Source: Alphaproteobacteria bacterium (GTDB lineage: Bacteria; Pseudomonadota; Alphaproteobacteria; Bin95). Taken from it: a stretch of 64,000 nucleotides of DNA. The position numbers and the translations under genes are program-made. Of the stretch, positions 44,942-53,948 are shown one piece after another (position 1 is the first letter of the stretch; each line of letters opens with the position of its first letter). The stretch is from positions 704,001 to 768,000 of the forward strand of contig CBDBGH010000003.1 of the NCBI GenBank assembly GCA_965205265.1, in the 5' to 3' direction. A model generated the notes under the pieces. The model was not told the origin of the DNA, made no database searches, and was given only the letters and a program-made list of their open reading frames with translations.

Positions 44942-46948
44942 TCACGGGACGGCGGCGGGGCGGGAGCGGGCGCGGGCGAAGGCGATCAGGACGCCGGGCG
45001 CCGCCACGGCCACGGCGATCAGCGTGAGCTCCGTGTGCCCGACGCCGATCATGCCGCCGCCCGGCGCGGCGAGCGTGGCCCCGCCGAGCGCGAGCGACAG
45101 GCGCGCGGCCCAGCCGGGCGGCCCGCGTCCGACATCGCCGACCCCGACCAGGTAGCCCTGGAGGCCGACGCTGACCAGCAGGATGCCGCAGACGGCGGTA
45201 ATCAGCACCACGACCGTCTCCCCGGGCGCGCCCTGGAGCAGCAGGGCCGGGTTGAAGACGAAGAAGAACGGGATGACATAGATGACCGCGCCGATCCGCA
45301 TCGCCTCGAAGCCCGTCTCCAGCGGCTCGCATTTGGCGACCGACGCCGCGGCGAAGGCGGCGAGCGCCACGGGCGGCGTGATGAAGGACAGCATGCCCCA
45401 GTAGAGCACGAACATATGCACCGCCATCGGGTCCATGCCGATCTTGATGAGCGCCGGCGCGAGGATGATAGCGAGGAAGATGTATGCCGCCGTCACCGTC
45501 ATCCCCATGCCGAGGATGAAGCTGGTGACCGCTCCCATGAGGAGCAGGACGAAGGGCGTGTCGCCGGCGAGGTTGACGAGGTCGTTGGTGATCGACCCTG
45601 TCATGCCGGTGGCCTGGAGCGCGCCGACGACGAGGCCGACCGCCGCCAGCAGCCCGGCCAGCTCCGCCAGCAGGCCGCCGGTCGAGTAGATGTAGGTCTT
45701 GAAGGCGGCCCAGCTCAGCCGGTGGTTCCGGTTGAACTGGTTGACGGCCAGCAGCAGCAGGGTGGCGTAGAAGGGCGCCTGGGCCTCCCGCCAGAGGAAG
45801 ACCAGCAGGTAGATGAGCACGCCGAAGGCGGCGACGTAATACCAGCCGTCCCTGAAGACGGCGCCGAGGGTCGGGAGCTCCGAGCGGTCAAGCCCGACCA
45901 GCCGGTTCTGCGCCGCATAGGCGTCGATCTGCATGAACAGGCCGAGATAGTAGAGCAGCGACGGTACGAGCGCGGCGATGGCGACCGTCACGTAGGACAC
46001 GTCGAGGAAGTCCGCCATGACGAAGGCCGTGGCGCCCATGATCGGCGGCATCATCGTGCCGCCGGTCGAGGCGCAGGCCTCGATGGCGCCGGCGGTCTTC
46101 GGCCGCACGCCGATGCGCTTCATGGCGGGGATGGTGAGCGCGCCGGTGGTGAGCACATTGGTGATCGGCCCGCCCGACATGGAGCCGAACAGGCCGGAGG
46201 AGAAGATCGCCACCTTGGCCGGGCCGCCGCGCACATGGCCGAGCAGCGCGAAGGCGAGATTGATGAAGAACTGCCCGCCGCCCGTATAGACCAGCGCGTT
46301 GCCGAACAGGAGGAAGCCGAACACCAGCGTCGTGAAGGCGCGCATCGGGATGCCGAGCACGCTTTCTTCCGAATAGACGTGGTAGGACGCCGTCTCCATC
46401 ACCGTGCGCTCGACGGCGGCGTCCGGCACGATGACATTCAGATAGACCGGCAGGAAGGAGGCGATCAGGCACACGCCGAACACCGGCCAGCCCCCGGCGC
46501 GCCGCCCTCCCTCGAGGATCAGCAGCCACAGCGCGACGGCGAACCAGGGCGCATGCCAGGGCGCCAGGAAGGTCTCGGCCCAGATCTCCTCGTTGATGGC
46601 CTCGCCGTGCCAGGTGAAATAGGCGGTCATGACCAGCGTGAGCGCGAAGGCCGCGATGTCGTATAGCGGGACCTTGCGGCGAGGCGCCGATTTGTAGGCC
46701 GGCATGAAGATGAACAGCATCGCCAGCATCGAGCCGAGGATCAGATACATGTATTGCTGATCGACGAGGACGTGGCCGGTGACGTTCTTGAAGAAATTCA
46801 GGCGGAATATCTGGTTGGCCGCCAGCGCGACGGATATGGCGGTCAGCAGGAAGGCGACCGAGACCCACCAGCGCCCCGGGCTGCGATAGCGGGACAGTTC
46901 GAGGTCTTCGACCTCGCCGCCGGCTTCCGCGGCCGGTTTGTCGGACAT
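44942..46948 (-). CDS. TRAP transporter fused 4TM/12TM permease (TAXI type)
   Basis: RGGPAKVA, IEACASTGG, PPIMGATAF, ITPPVALAAFAAA. Confidence 0.93.
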   Translation of the reverse strand: MSDKPAAEAGGEVEDLELSRYRSPGRWWVSVAFLLTAISVALAANQIFRLNFFKNVTGHVLVDQQYMYLILGSMLAMLFIFMPAYKSAPRRKVPLYDIAAFALTLVMTAYFTWHGEAINEEIWAETFLAPWHAPWFAVALWLLILEGGRRAGGWPVFGVCLIASFLPVYLNVIVPDAAVERTVMETASYHVYSEESVLGIPMRAFTTLVFGFLLFGNALVYTGGGQFFINLAFALLGHVRGGPAKVAIFSSGLFGSMSGGPITNVLTTGALTIPAMKRIGVRPKTAGAIEACASTGGTMMPPIMGATAFVMADFLDVSYVTVAIAALVPSLLYYLGLFMQIDAYAAQNRLVGLDRSELPTLGAVFRDGWYYVAAFGVLIYLLVFLWREAQAPFYATLLLLAVNQFNRNHRLSWAAFKTYIYSTGGLLAELAGLLAAVGLVVGALQATGMTGSITNDLVNLAGDTPFVLLLMGAVTSFILGMGMTVTAAYIFLAIILAPALIKIGMDPMAVHMFVLYWGMLSFITPPVALAAFAAASVAKCEPLETGFEAMRIGAVIYVIPFFFVFNPALLLQGAPGETVVVLITAVCGILLVSVGLQGYLVGVGDVGRGPPGWAARLSLALGGATLAAPGGGMIGVGHTELTLIAVAVAAPGVLIAFARARSRPAAVP

Positions 46949-46977
46949 GGCTCGGACGCCTCCCTTGCGCGGCGAAG

Positions 46978-47047
46978 ACCGGGCGGGGCGGCCGGCGGCG
47001 GGGCCCGGGCGCTATCGCCCGGGGCCGTTCATCCGTCCGCCCCGGTC
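46978..47047 (-). terminator. Intercistronic GC-rich stem-loop between TAXI binding protein and permease genes
   Basis: ACCGGGCGGGGCGG...CCGTCCGCCCCGGT outer stem with inner CCCGGGCG-CTAT-CGCCCGGG. Confidence 0.5.
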
Positions 47048-47051
47048 CGGA

Positions 47052-48200
47052 TTACCAGGAGGTGAAGACGGGATCGAAGCCGGCGTCGCTGAGCGCCTTG
47101 GCCCTCGATGCCTGCCATTCCTTCACGAAGTCGGCGGGCCCGCTCGCCACATGGGCCTCCCAGGCCTTCTTCAGGACCTCCTGGCGGCGCAGCTTGTCCT
47201 CCTGGTTCGCCTGGCCCTCGGCGGTCCAGGTGCCGGCCTCCTTGTAGAAGGCGATCGAGCCCGGATGCATCGGCAGGTAGAAATTGTAGAGCTGGCGGTC
47301 GAGCGCCCAGCCGTCCGCCGCCGGCGCGCCGTCCTTGTAGTCGTCGAAATGCGTCACCATCGCCTTGGTCAGGCTGTAGGCGATTTCGTCGGACACCGCC
47401 GTCGTGCCGATCAGGATGGGATAGATGCTGGCGATGGACTCCTGGCTTCCGCCCGGCACGCCGGGGCCGTGCGTGCAGATGCCCTGCACATACCAGGGCA
47501 CGACTTTCTGCACGCGCGCCCAGCCCTCGCTGTCGGCGTGCGGCAGCGGCGGGTGGTAAACGCCGCGCGGGCTCGCTTCCATCTTCTTCATGAAGGTCGA
47601 GCTCGACGAGGTGATCGAGGCGTCGATATCGCCGTCGATGATGCCGTTGATCGAGGCCGCCCAGCCGCCGACCTCGACCAGCTGCACGTCGTTCACGGTC
47701 AGGTTGGCGAAGCCGAGCAGCGCCTCGACGGCCTTTTGCAGCGCAGGCGAGCCCCGCACCCAGCCGATGCGCTTGCCCTTGAGGTCCGCCATGGTCTTCA
47801 CGCCCATGTCGTTCGCGACCGCGAAGGTCGTACAGCCCTTGCCGCGGTTGAGCATGAGAAGACGGACGGGCGACGGCCCCCATTTCTCGCCGCCGAAGGC
47901 GAAGACCGCCTCCTGCGCGTAAACGCTGTCGGAGCCGGTTGCGGTGAACTGGGCCTTGCCCGCCTTCACCGGCGCGAGACGCGCCACGTCGTTCTTGCCG
48001 GGAAGCACGCGGAGATTGACGTTGTAACGCTTCTTCAGCATGCCGCCGACGGCGATCATCTGGCTGTATCCGGTCGTGCCCGTGTTGTAGGCCGTGGTCA
48101 CGAGCGTATCCGGCAGCTTGACCTCTCCGGCATGGCCGGCGGAACCGCCCGCCATCGCGGCGGCGGCAAGCGCGGCAAGAAACGTCGCGGTTCTTCTCAT
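47052..48200 (-). CDS. TAXI family TRAP solute-binding protein
   Basis: Signal peptide MRRTATFLAALAAAAMA, RVLPGKNDVAR, DLKGKRI, PMHPGSIAFYKE; adjacent to fused permease. Confidence 0.9.
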   Translation of the reverse strand: MRRTATFLAALAAAAMAGGSAGHAGEVKLPDTLVTTAYNTGTTGYSQMIAVGGMLKKRYNVNLRVLPGKNDVARLAPVKAGKAQFTATGSDSVYAQEAVFAFGGEKWGPSPVRLLMLNRGKGCTTFAVANDMGVKTMADLKGKRIGWVRGSPALQKAVEALLGFANLTVNDVQLVEVGGWAASINGIIDGDIDASITSSSSTFMKKMEASPRGVYHPPLPHADSEGWARVQKVVPWYVQGICTHGPGVPGGSQESIASIYPILIGTTAVSDEIAYSLTKAMVTHFDDYKDGAPAADGWALDRQLYNFYLPMHPGSIAFYKEAGTWTAEGQANQEDKLRRQEVLKKAWEAHVASGPADFVKEWQASRAKALSDAGFDPVFTSW

Positions 48201-48309
48201 GGTCGGGTACTCCCCCTGATTGCGAGCCGGCATGCGCGGCTCCCCATTACACCGGGGACGGTCGCACTCTGCCATGTCCGGGTCAAGGCGAGCGGGCCGG
48301 GCCGTGCGA

Positions 48310-48975
48310 TCAGGAAACCGTCCGCGCCACGCGGTAGCGCCGCACATGCTCCGGCAGGGCCGTGCCGGGGTCCTGGCGGTCGTCGGGGATCGGCGCGCCG
48401 GGCGTTTTAGGCGCAAAGGGGATGACGCCCGCCCAGACAGGATGGCCGTAGTCCTCCTCGTCATCGACGGGGCCGCCGGCGCGCACCTTGGCCGCCGCCT
48501 CGTCGATGGGCATGCCGAGTATGGTCGTGGCCTTGATTTCCTGCTCGTTGATTTCCCGCAGCTGCTCCCATCGGCCGGGGAACATCTGCTCGACGAAGAT
48601 GCGCATGCGCTCGACCTTGTCCTCGCGGCCCGTGACCTTCTTCGCCGTGCCGAACAGCATGGCCGAGCGGTAGTTCACCGAGTGGTGCATGCCCGAGCGC
48701 GCCAGCACCAGCCCGTCCAGCTCCGAGACCGTCAGGCATACCTCAAAGCCCGCGGACCTTCGCAGCATCCGGCTGGCGGAAGAGCCGTGCCAGTAGATGT
48801 GGTCCCCCTCCCGCCAGTAGAGCGTCGGCGTGACCACCGGGGCGCCGTCCAGCACATAGCCGACATGCGCCAGCAGGCAGGCGTCGAGTATCTCGTAGAG
48901 GCTCTGCTTGTCGTAGCGCCCGCGCTCATATTTCCGGCGCAGGCGCGAACGGTTGCTGGGAGCGGTGGTGCGCAC
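48310..48975 (-). CDS. Pyridoxamine 5'-phosphate oxidase-like flavin-binding protein (NimA-like)
   Basis: YWHGSSASRM, DGLVLARSGMHHSVNYRS, VWAGVIP. Confidence 0.9.
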   Translation of the reverse strand: MRTTAPSNRSRLRRKYERGRYDKQSLYEILDACLLAHVGYVLDGAPVVTPTLYWREGDHIYWHGSSASRMLRRSAGFEVCLTVSELDGLVLARSGMHHSVNYRSAMLFGTAKKVTGREDKVERMRIFVEQMFPGRWEQLREINEQEIKATTILGMPIDEAAAKVRAGGPVDDEEDYGHPVWAGVIPFAPKTPGAPIPDDRQDPGTALPEHVRRYRVARTVS

Positions 48976-49123
48976 TGGTCCTGTCCTTTCCTGCGGGCCC
49001 CGGTTCCGGCCAAGTTACGCGCCGCTGACCGGCCCCGGTCAAGCCCAATTGCGGCATGCGCCTTGAATGCGGGGCCGCAATTAGCGGAAACTGGCTCTGT
49101 CACTACCAACCGGGAACCTGCCC

Positions 49124-50113
49124 GTGACGGTTGCAAGACTGCCCGAGCCGGAAGAGCGAGCGGTGTCGATGCCGCCGGCCCTGCGGCGCGCTGCGGAAGC
49201 GGCGGTGCGCCGGGACCCGGAGGTTCTGGCGGTGGTGCTGTTCGGCTCCCGCGCGCGCGGCGACCACCGGTCCGACAGCGATTGGGACCTTGCGTTCCTG
49301 ACCGCGGGTGGCGCGACGGCCCGGCGGGCGCCGGAGGAGTTCGAGCCTCCTGCCGGCCTTGCGCTCGACTGCCTGCGGATACCGGTGGGCGAGCTTGCGC
49401 GCAAGGCGAATGCACTCGCGCATGTTTCCTGCCCGATCGTCCGCGAGGGCCGCCTTGTCGCCGGCGTCTGGGACCGGCCGCAACCCAGGGGAAAACCGGC
49501 GATGGAACCGGAGGAATACGGTAACTTCATCGGCAATGCGGTTCATTGCCTGGACAGGGCCGCCGCAGAAGCGGCGTCCGTTCCGAATCCCAATGGGCCT
49601 TTTTGGGACGCTATCGGTTGCAAGGACATGATCGGCTTGAGCGCCGATGGGGCCGAGTATCTTGCCAAGGCCATTTTGGGGCGTCTCGGCATCGGGTTCC
49701 GCCGGACGCATGACCTCGAACAGCTCGCGGGCCTCTTCGGTGAAGCCCATTCGGAACTCGCCGCCCGGGTGCGCGGGCTGAACGGTAGCAGCAGGCGCGA
49801 CCACATGGCGGCCTATGCGGCCGACTATTCGGCGGAGGATTGCTGGCGCGCAATGGACAGGCTCGCGGCTACGGGCGGGCTGCTGGCGGAGGAGTTGCGC
49901 GCCGCCCGGGCGGACGCCCGCTTCGCCGCTCTTGCCGGTGCGTTGGCCGGGGCTGCCGCTGCGATGCTTTCCGGCTGCGCGGGCGCCCTGCGGGAGGCCG
50001 ACGGAGCCGCCGCCTTGCCGGAAGGCTCCGCAGTTGCAGCCGTCGCCGGCGCGCGCCCGGCGCTCGCGGACGCCCTGGAGGACGCAGCGGCGGAGTTGCG
50101 CGGAACCGGGTGA
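49124..50113 (+). CDS. Minimal nucleotidyltransferase (MNT)-HEPN fusion protein
   Basis: VVLFGSRARGDHRSDSDWDLA (GS-x-DxD) followed by AEYLAKA...FRRTHDLEQL HEPN segment; alternative start 49169. Confidence 0.8.
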   Translation: MTVARLPEPEERAVSMPPALRRAAEAAVRRDPEVLAVVLFGSRARGDHRSDSDWDLAFLTAGGATARRAPEEFEPPAGLALDCLRIPVGELARKANALAHVSCPIVREGRLVAGVWDRPQPRGKPAMEPEEYGNFIGNAVHCLDRAAAEAASVPNPNGPFWDAIGCKDMIGLSADGAEYLAKAILGRLGIGFRRTHDLEQLAGLFGEAHSELAARVRGLNGSSRRDHMAAYAADYSAEDCWRAMDRLAATGGLLAEELRAARADARFAALAGALAGAAAAMLSGCAGALREADGAAALPEGSAVAAVAGARPALADALEDAAAELRGTG

Positions 50114-50131
50114 GGCCGGCTTCCGCCGGAC

Positions 50132-50986
50132 TCAACCCGGCAGCCTTACCCTGCAATCGGCCAGCGGGAGGCCGGGGGTGTCGGTGCGGATGCGGAAGAC
50201 AGAGCCGCAATTCTCGTGCGGGCCGCCGCGCGAGCCGGTGACGATGTAGAGGTCGCAGAGGTCCGGGCCGCCGAAACAGACGCTCGTGACCATCGGCAGC
50301 GGCACGGGGATCGAGCGGACCTCCTGGCCCTCCGGAGAGAAGACCGCCACCCGCCCGCCATGCGCGAGCGCGACCCAGACCGTGCCGTCCGCCGCCACCG
50401 CGAGGCCGTCCGGCACATCCTCCGGCAGACGGGCGAATACGCGCCAGGGAGAGACGCCGCCCGCTTCGTCCACGTCATAGACGCGGATGAGCTCCGCGCG
50501 CGCGTCCGAGTGGTAGAGCCGCGCACCGTCCGGCGAGAAGCCCATGCCGTTTGTCAGCATCACCCCGTCCGAGAGCGTGTGCGCGCTGCCGTCGAGATCG
50601 ACCCGGTGCAGGTGGCCCGGCCGTGGCTCTTCCCCGCCGAACACCCGGAAGGCGAGCGAGCCGGCCCAGAGGCGGCCCCGGGAATCGGTCGTGAAATCGT
50701 TGAAGCCGATGGCATGCCCGGTCACGTCATTGTCGAGCAGCACCAGGCTCGGCCCCCCGGCGAAGGCCTTGAAGGCGAGATTGCGCCCGCCGACCACGAG
50801 CCCGCCGGCCTCGTGCAGCGCCATGCCGCCGATGCCCCGGCGATGCGGGAACTGCGCCGAGACGCCGCCGTCCGCGTCCAGCCGGAACACGCCCCCGTTC
50901 GGCACGTCGGAGTAGTAAAGGCACTGCCGGGCGGCGTCCCAGACGGGGCCTTCGATCAGGCCGTAGCCGGTTGCGAGTTCTTCCAT
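50132..50986 (-). CDS. SMP-30/gluconolactonase family protein
   Basis: IEGPVWD, FNDFTTD, TNGMGFSPDG, PDGLAV, TSVCFGG. Confidence 0.92.
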   Translation of the reverse strand: MEELATGYGLIEGPVWDAARQCLYYSDVPNGGVFRLDADGGVSAQFPHRRGIGGMALHEAGGLVVGGRNLAFKAFAGGPSLVLLDNDVTGHAIGFNDFTTDSRGRLWAGSLAFRVFGGEEPRPGHLHRVDLDGSAHTLSDGVMLTNGMGFSPDGARLYHSDARAELIRVYDVDEAGGVSPWRVFARLPEDVPDGLAVAADGTVWVALAHGGRVAVFSPEGQEVRSIPVPLPMVTSVCFGGPDLCDLYIVTGSRGGPHENCGSVFRIRTDTPGLPLADCRVRLPG

Positions 50987-51003
50987 CCCCTCGGCCGTCT
51001 CTT

Positions 51004-51462
51004 TCAAGCGGTCTGCTCGCTGATCGGCACGTCGTCGTCCCAGGGGAAGACGATCCAGGTGTCCTGGCTCACTTGCGTGACCGTGGTATCCACCATCGGG
51101 CGCCCGGCCGGCTTGGCATAGACGGTGGCGAAATGCGCCCTGGGCAGCATGGCGCGCACGATCCTGGCCGTGACGCCCGTATCCACAAGGTCGTCCACGA
51201 TCAGCAGGCCCTCGCCGTCCTCGTCTTCCAGCGCCTTCAGCACCACCGGGTCGCGCTGGTCGCGGTCGTCATAGGAGGAGATGCAGACGGTCTCGACGAA
51301 GCGCAGCTCAAGCTCGCGCGCCACGATGGCCGCCGGCACCAGCCCGCCCCGCGCGATGCCGACAATGCCGCGGAAGGGGCCCGCCTCGCTCAGCCGCCAG
51401 GCCAGCGCCCGCGTATCGCGGTGCAACTCATCCCAGGTGACAGGAAACGATCTCTGGACCAT
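51004..51462 (-). CDS. gpt: Xanthine-guanine phosphoribosyltransferase
   Basis: [37 protein letters not shown]. Confidence 0.95.
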   Translation of the reverse strand: MVQRSFPVTWDELHRDTRALAWRLSEAGPFRGIVGIARGGLVPAAIVARELELRFVETVCISSYDDRDQRDPVVLKALEDEDGEGLLIVDDLVDTGVTARIVRAMLPRAHFATVYAKPAGRPMVDTTVTQVSQDTWIVFPWDDDVPISEQTA

Positions 51463-51464
51463 CG

Positions 51465-51731
51465 AGCCCGGACTTCTCACAAATGTCGTGGTCTGCGCGG
51501 CGCTGTCGGGCCGGCAGGGAAGGAAAGACGCGTAGCGCGATGCGGGACATCGGGCAAGCGGTTTGACGCACCCTGCCGGCCCGACAGCGCCGCCCTTCGG
51601 GTCGCGCCCAGGCGTCCGCCCGCAGCGTCGCGGGCCTCAAGCGTAGGCACCGCTACGCTTTTCGGCCCGCTCCTTGTGGAGCGAACGCCTGGACGCGACG
51701 CAGGCCGCGACATTTGTGAGAAGTCCGGGCT
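51465..51731. mobile_element. MITE with long terminal inverted repeats and internal hairpins
   Basis: AGCCCGGACTTCTCACAAATGTCGTGGTCTGCG ... CGCAGGCCGCGACATTTGTGAGAAGTCCGGGCT (33 bp, 2 mismatches); internal perfect 23 bp inverted repeat 51497-51519/51571-51593. Confidence 0.85.
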
Positions 51732-52920
51732 AAAGCCCCAATTGGTGCTTGGCGACGATATTGCGCTGTATTTCGTTGGACCCGGAATAAATCGAGGCGG
51801 CGCGCAGGAAGAGATAGCCCGGCAGCAGGCCATTGAAAGCCTCGTCGCCGACCGGCTCCTCGTTCCAGCCGTGGCGGAGCGCATTCACGTCCATCGGCAG
51901 CGCGTAGTAACCCGCCGCCTCGACGCCGAGTTCCGAGATCGCCTGCTGCACCTCGCTGCGCCTGATCTTGATCATCGAGGTGAGCGCGCCGAGTTCCCGG
52001 TCCGCCGAATAGGCGGCCAGCGCCCGCAGCATCACCTGCTCGACGGAAAGGAGCTGGATTTCGATGTCGGCGCAGCGCCGGCGGAAGTCGGCGTCGTCGA
52101 TCAGCCGGCCGCCGTCCGAGGCTTCCCCGGCGGCGATGTCCCTGACCCGCTTCAGCGCCGTCTTGAGCTCGCCCACGCCGCCGCCGCTCATGCGCTCGTG
52201 CTGGAGCAGGTATTTGGCGATCGTCCAGCCCCGGCCCTCCTCGCCGACCAGGCTCGAGGCCGGCACGCGCACATCGGTGAAGAAGGTCTCGTTCACATGG
52301 CGCAGGCCGTTCATGGTGACGATCAGGCGCACCTCGATGCCGGGCGCCGTCATCGGGAAGATGAGGAACGAGATGCCGTCCTGCTTCTTCGGCTCGTCGC
52401 CGGTGCGCACCAGGCAGAAGATCCAGTCGGCATGGTGCGCGAGCGAGGTCCAGATCTTCTGGCCGTTGATGACATAGTCCCCGCCGTCCCGCACGGCGCG
52501 GGTCTTGAGGGAGGCGAGGTCGGAGCCGGAGCCGGGCTCGGAATAGCCCTGGCACCAGACGCGCTCGCCGGAGAGGATCTTCGGCAGGTGCTCGGCCTTC
52601 TGCTCCTCCGTGCCGAAGGCCATCAGAACCGGGCCCACCATGCCGAGGCCGAAGCCGGAAAGCCTGGGCGCGCCCGCCAGCCCCGCTTCCTCGTCGAAGA
52701 TGTAACGCTCTGCCGGCGTCCAGCCCGCGCCGCCATGCTCCTCCGGCCATGTGGGCGCCACCCAGCCGCGTTGGTAGAGCGCGCGGTGCCAGCGCATGTA
52801 GTCGTCCTTGGCGATCTCCATGCCGGAGACGACCTTGTGGCGCACATCCGGCGGCAGCCTGTCGCGGATGAAGGCGCGCACCTCCTCGCGGAAGTCTTCC
52901 TCGGCCCGGCTGAACTGCAT
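51730..52920 (-). CDS. Acyl-CoA dehydrogenase (PimC-like)
   Basis: WCQGYSEPGSGSDLASL, INGQKIWT, SIYSGSNEIQRNI. Confidence 0.93.
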   Translation of the reverse strand: MQFSRAEEDFREEVRAFIRDRLPPDVRHKVVSGMEIAKDDYMRWHRALYQRGWVAPTWPEEHGGAGWTPAERYIFDEEAGLAGAPRLSGFGLGMVGPVLMAFGTEEQKAEHLPKILSGERVWCQGYSEPGSGSDLASLKTRAVRDGGDYVINGQKIWTSLAHHADWIFCLVRTGDEPKKQDGISFLIFPMTAPGIEVRLIVTMNGLRHVNETFFTDVRVPASSLVGEEGRGWTIAKYLLQHERMSGGGVGELKTALKRVRDIAAGEASDGGRLIDDADFRRRCADIEIQLLSVEQVMLRALAAYSADRELGALTSMIKIRRSEVQQAISELGVEAAGYYALPMDVNALRHGWNEEPVGDEAFNGLLPGYLFLRAASIYSGSNEIQRNIVAKHQLGL

Positions 52921-52953
52921 CGGCGTTCCCCCTCCTGCCGTTGCCGCCGAAGC

Positions 52954-53871
52954 CTAAGCACGCGCCAGCGTGGCGACAAGGGCAAGCACGGCCTTCATCT
53001 CGCGGTGCAGGTCGCGCGCTTCGTCCACCGGGTCCTCGGCAATGCCCGGCAGGATCGGGCGGCGGGTGTGCAGCTTCACCAGCGCGGCGGTGCCTTGCAG
53101 GCCGAGTTCGGCCGATCCGGCGTCCGCCGCCTTGCAGAGCGCCGCCAGCGCCTCCGCCAGTTCGGTCCGGGCGAGCCGGCCGGCATCCTCCGGGGAGACG
53201 GCCCAGACCTCCAGCGCGCCCGATTCGCGCCGGCGCAGCTCCGGCATTTCGGCGCTGAGGTCGGCGAGCCAGTCCATTGCCGCGCCCCGGTCGGTGACGG
53301 CGAAGGCCATGCCGGCGGCCGGCGGCAGGCCTTCCACGGCGAGCACCGCGCCCCGGAACACCTCCTTCACCTTGCCGCTCGTCACCAGCGATTCGAGCTT
53401 CGCCGGGCCGCCCCTTGTCAGCGCCGCGCGGGCGTAGCCGAAGGGCAGGCCCTCATGCTCGCCGCGCACGAGGTCGCCGCCGCTGTAGTCCGACCAGCGG
53501 CCGAAGAGGCGCGAGCGCGCCAGCATGTCCTCGGCGATGCGCCCGCCGGGCGCATAGTCGAAATCGCCCAGCGACTCCAGCACCAGCGGCGCGAGCGCGC
53601 TCTTCGCGCTGAGAAGCTGGCGGCGCGAGGGGGCGAGCGCCCAGACCAGCATCGCCGCAAACGAGGCGGCGCCGGTCACGACGAGAAGCTGGAGGCGGCT
53701 CTCCTCCATGCGCCAGCCGCCCGCCCAGGCGAGCAGCAGCGCCAGTCCGAAAGAGAGCCCGACCGCGAGCACCGCCAGCCCGCGCCGCTTGAGCGCGCGG
53801 TCCGTCGCCGCCCGCCGTTCGCGCACAAGCGCTGCCGCCTCGCGCACCTCCTGCGCGGAAAGCGCCGTCAT
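52954..53871 (-). CDS. Hypothetical membrane protein (DUF3137-like)
   Basis: Two N-terminal TM helices then LARSRLF...YSGGDLVRG...EVFRGAV. Confidence 0.6.
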   Translation of the reverse strand: MTALSAQEVREAAALVRERRAATDRALKRRGLAVLAVGLSFGLALLLAWAGGWRMEESRLQLLVVTGAASFAAMLVWALAPSRRQLLSAKSALAPLVLESLGDFDYAPGGRIAEDMLARSRLFGRWSDYSGGDLVRGEHEGLPFGYARAALTRGGPAKLESLVTSGKVKEVFRGAVLAVEGLPPAAGMAFAVTDRGAAMDWLADLSAEMPELRRRESGALEVWAVSPEDAGRLARTELAEALAALCKAADAGSAELGLQGTAALVKLHTRRPILPGIAEDPVDEARDLHREMKAVLALVATLARA

Positions 53872-53948
53872 CGCTTTGAAGGCCGATTGCCCGTCATGCC
53901 GACAGGATAGCGGCTCCTTGCCCGCGCCTCGACCCGGCGCCTGCGCGC

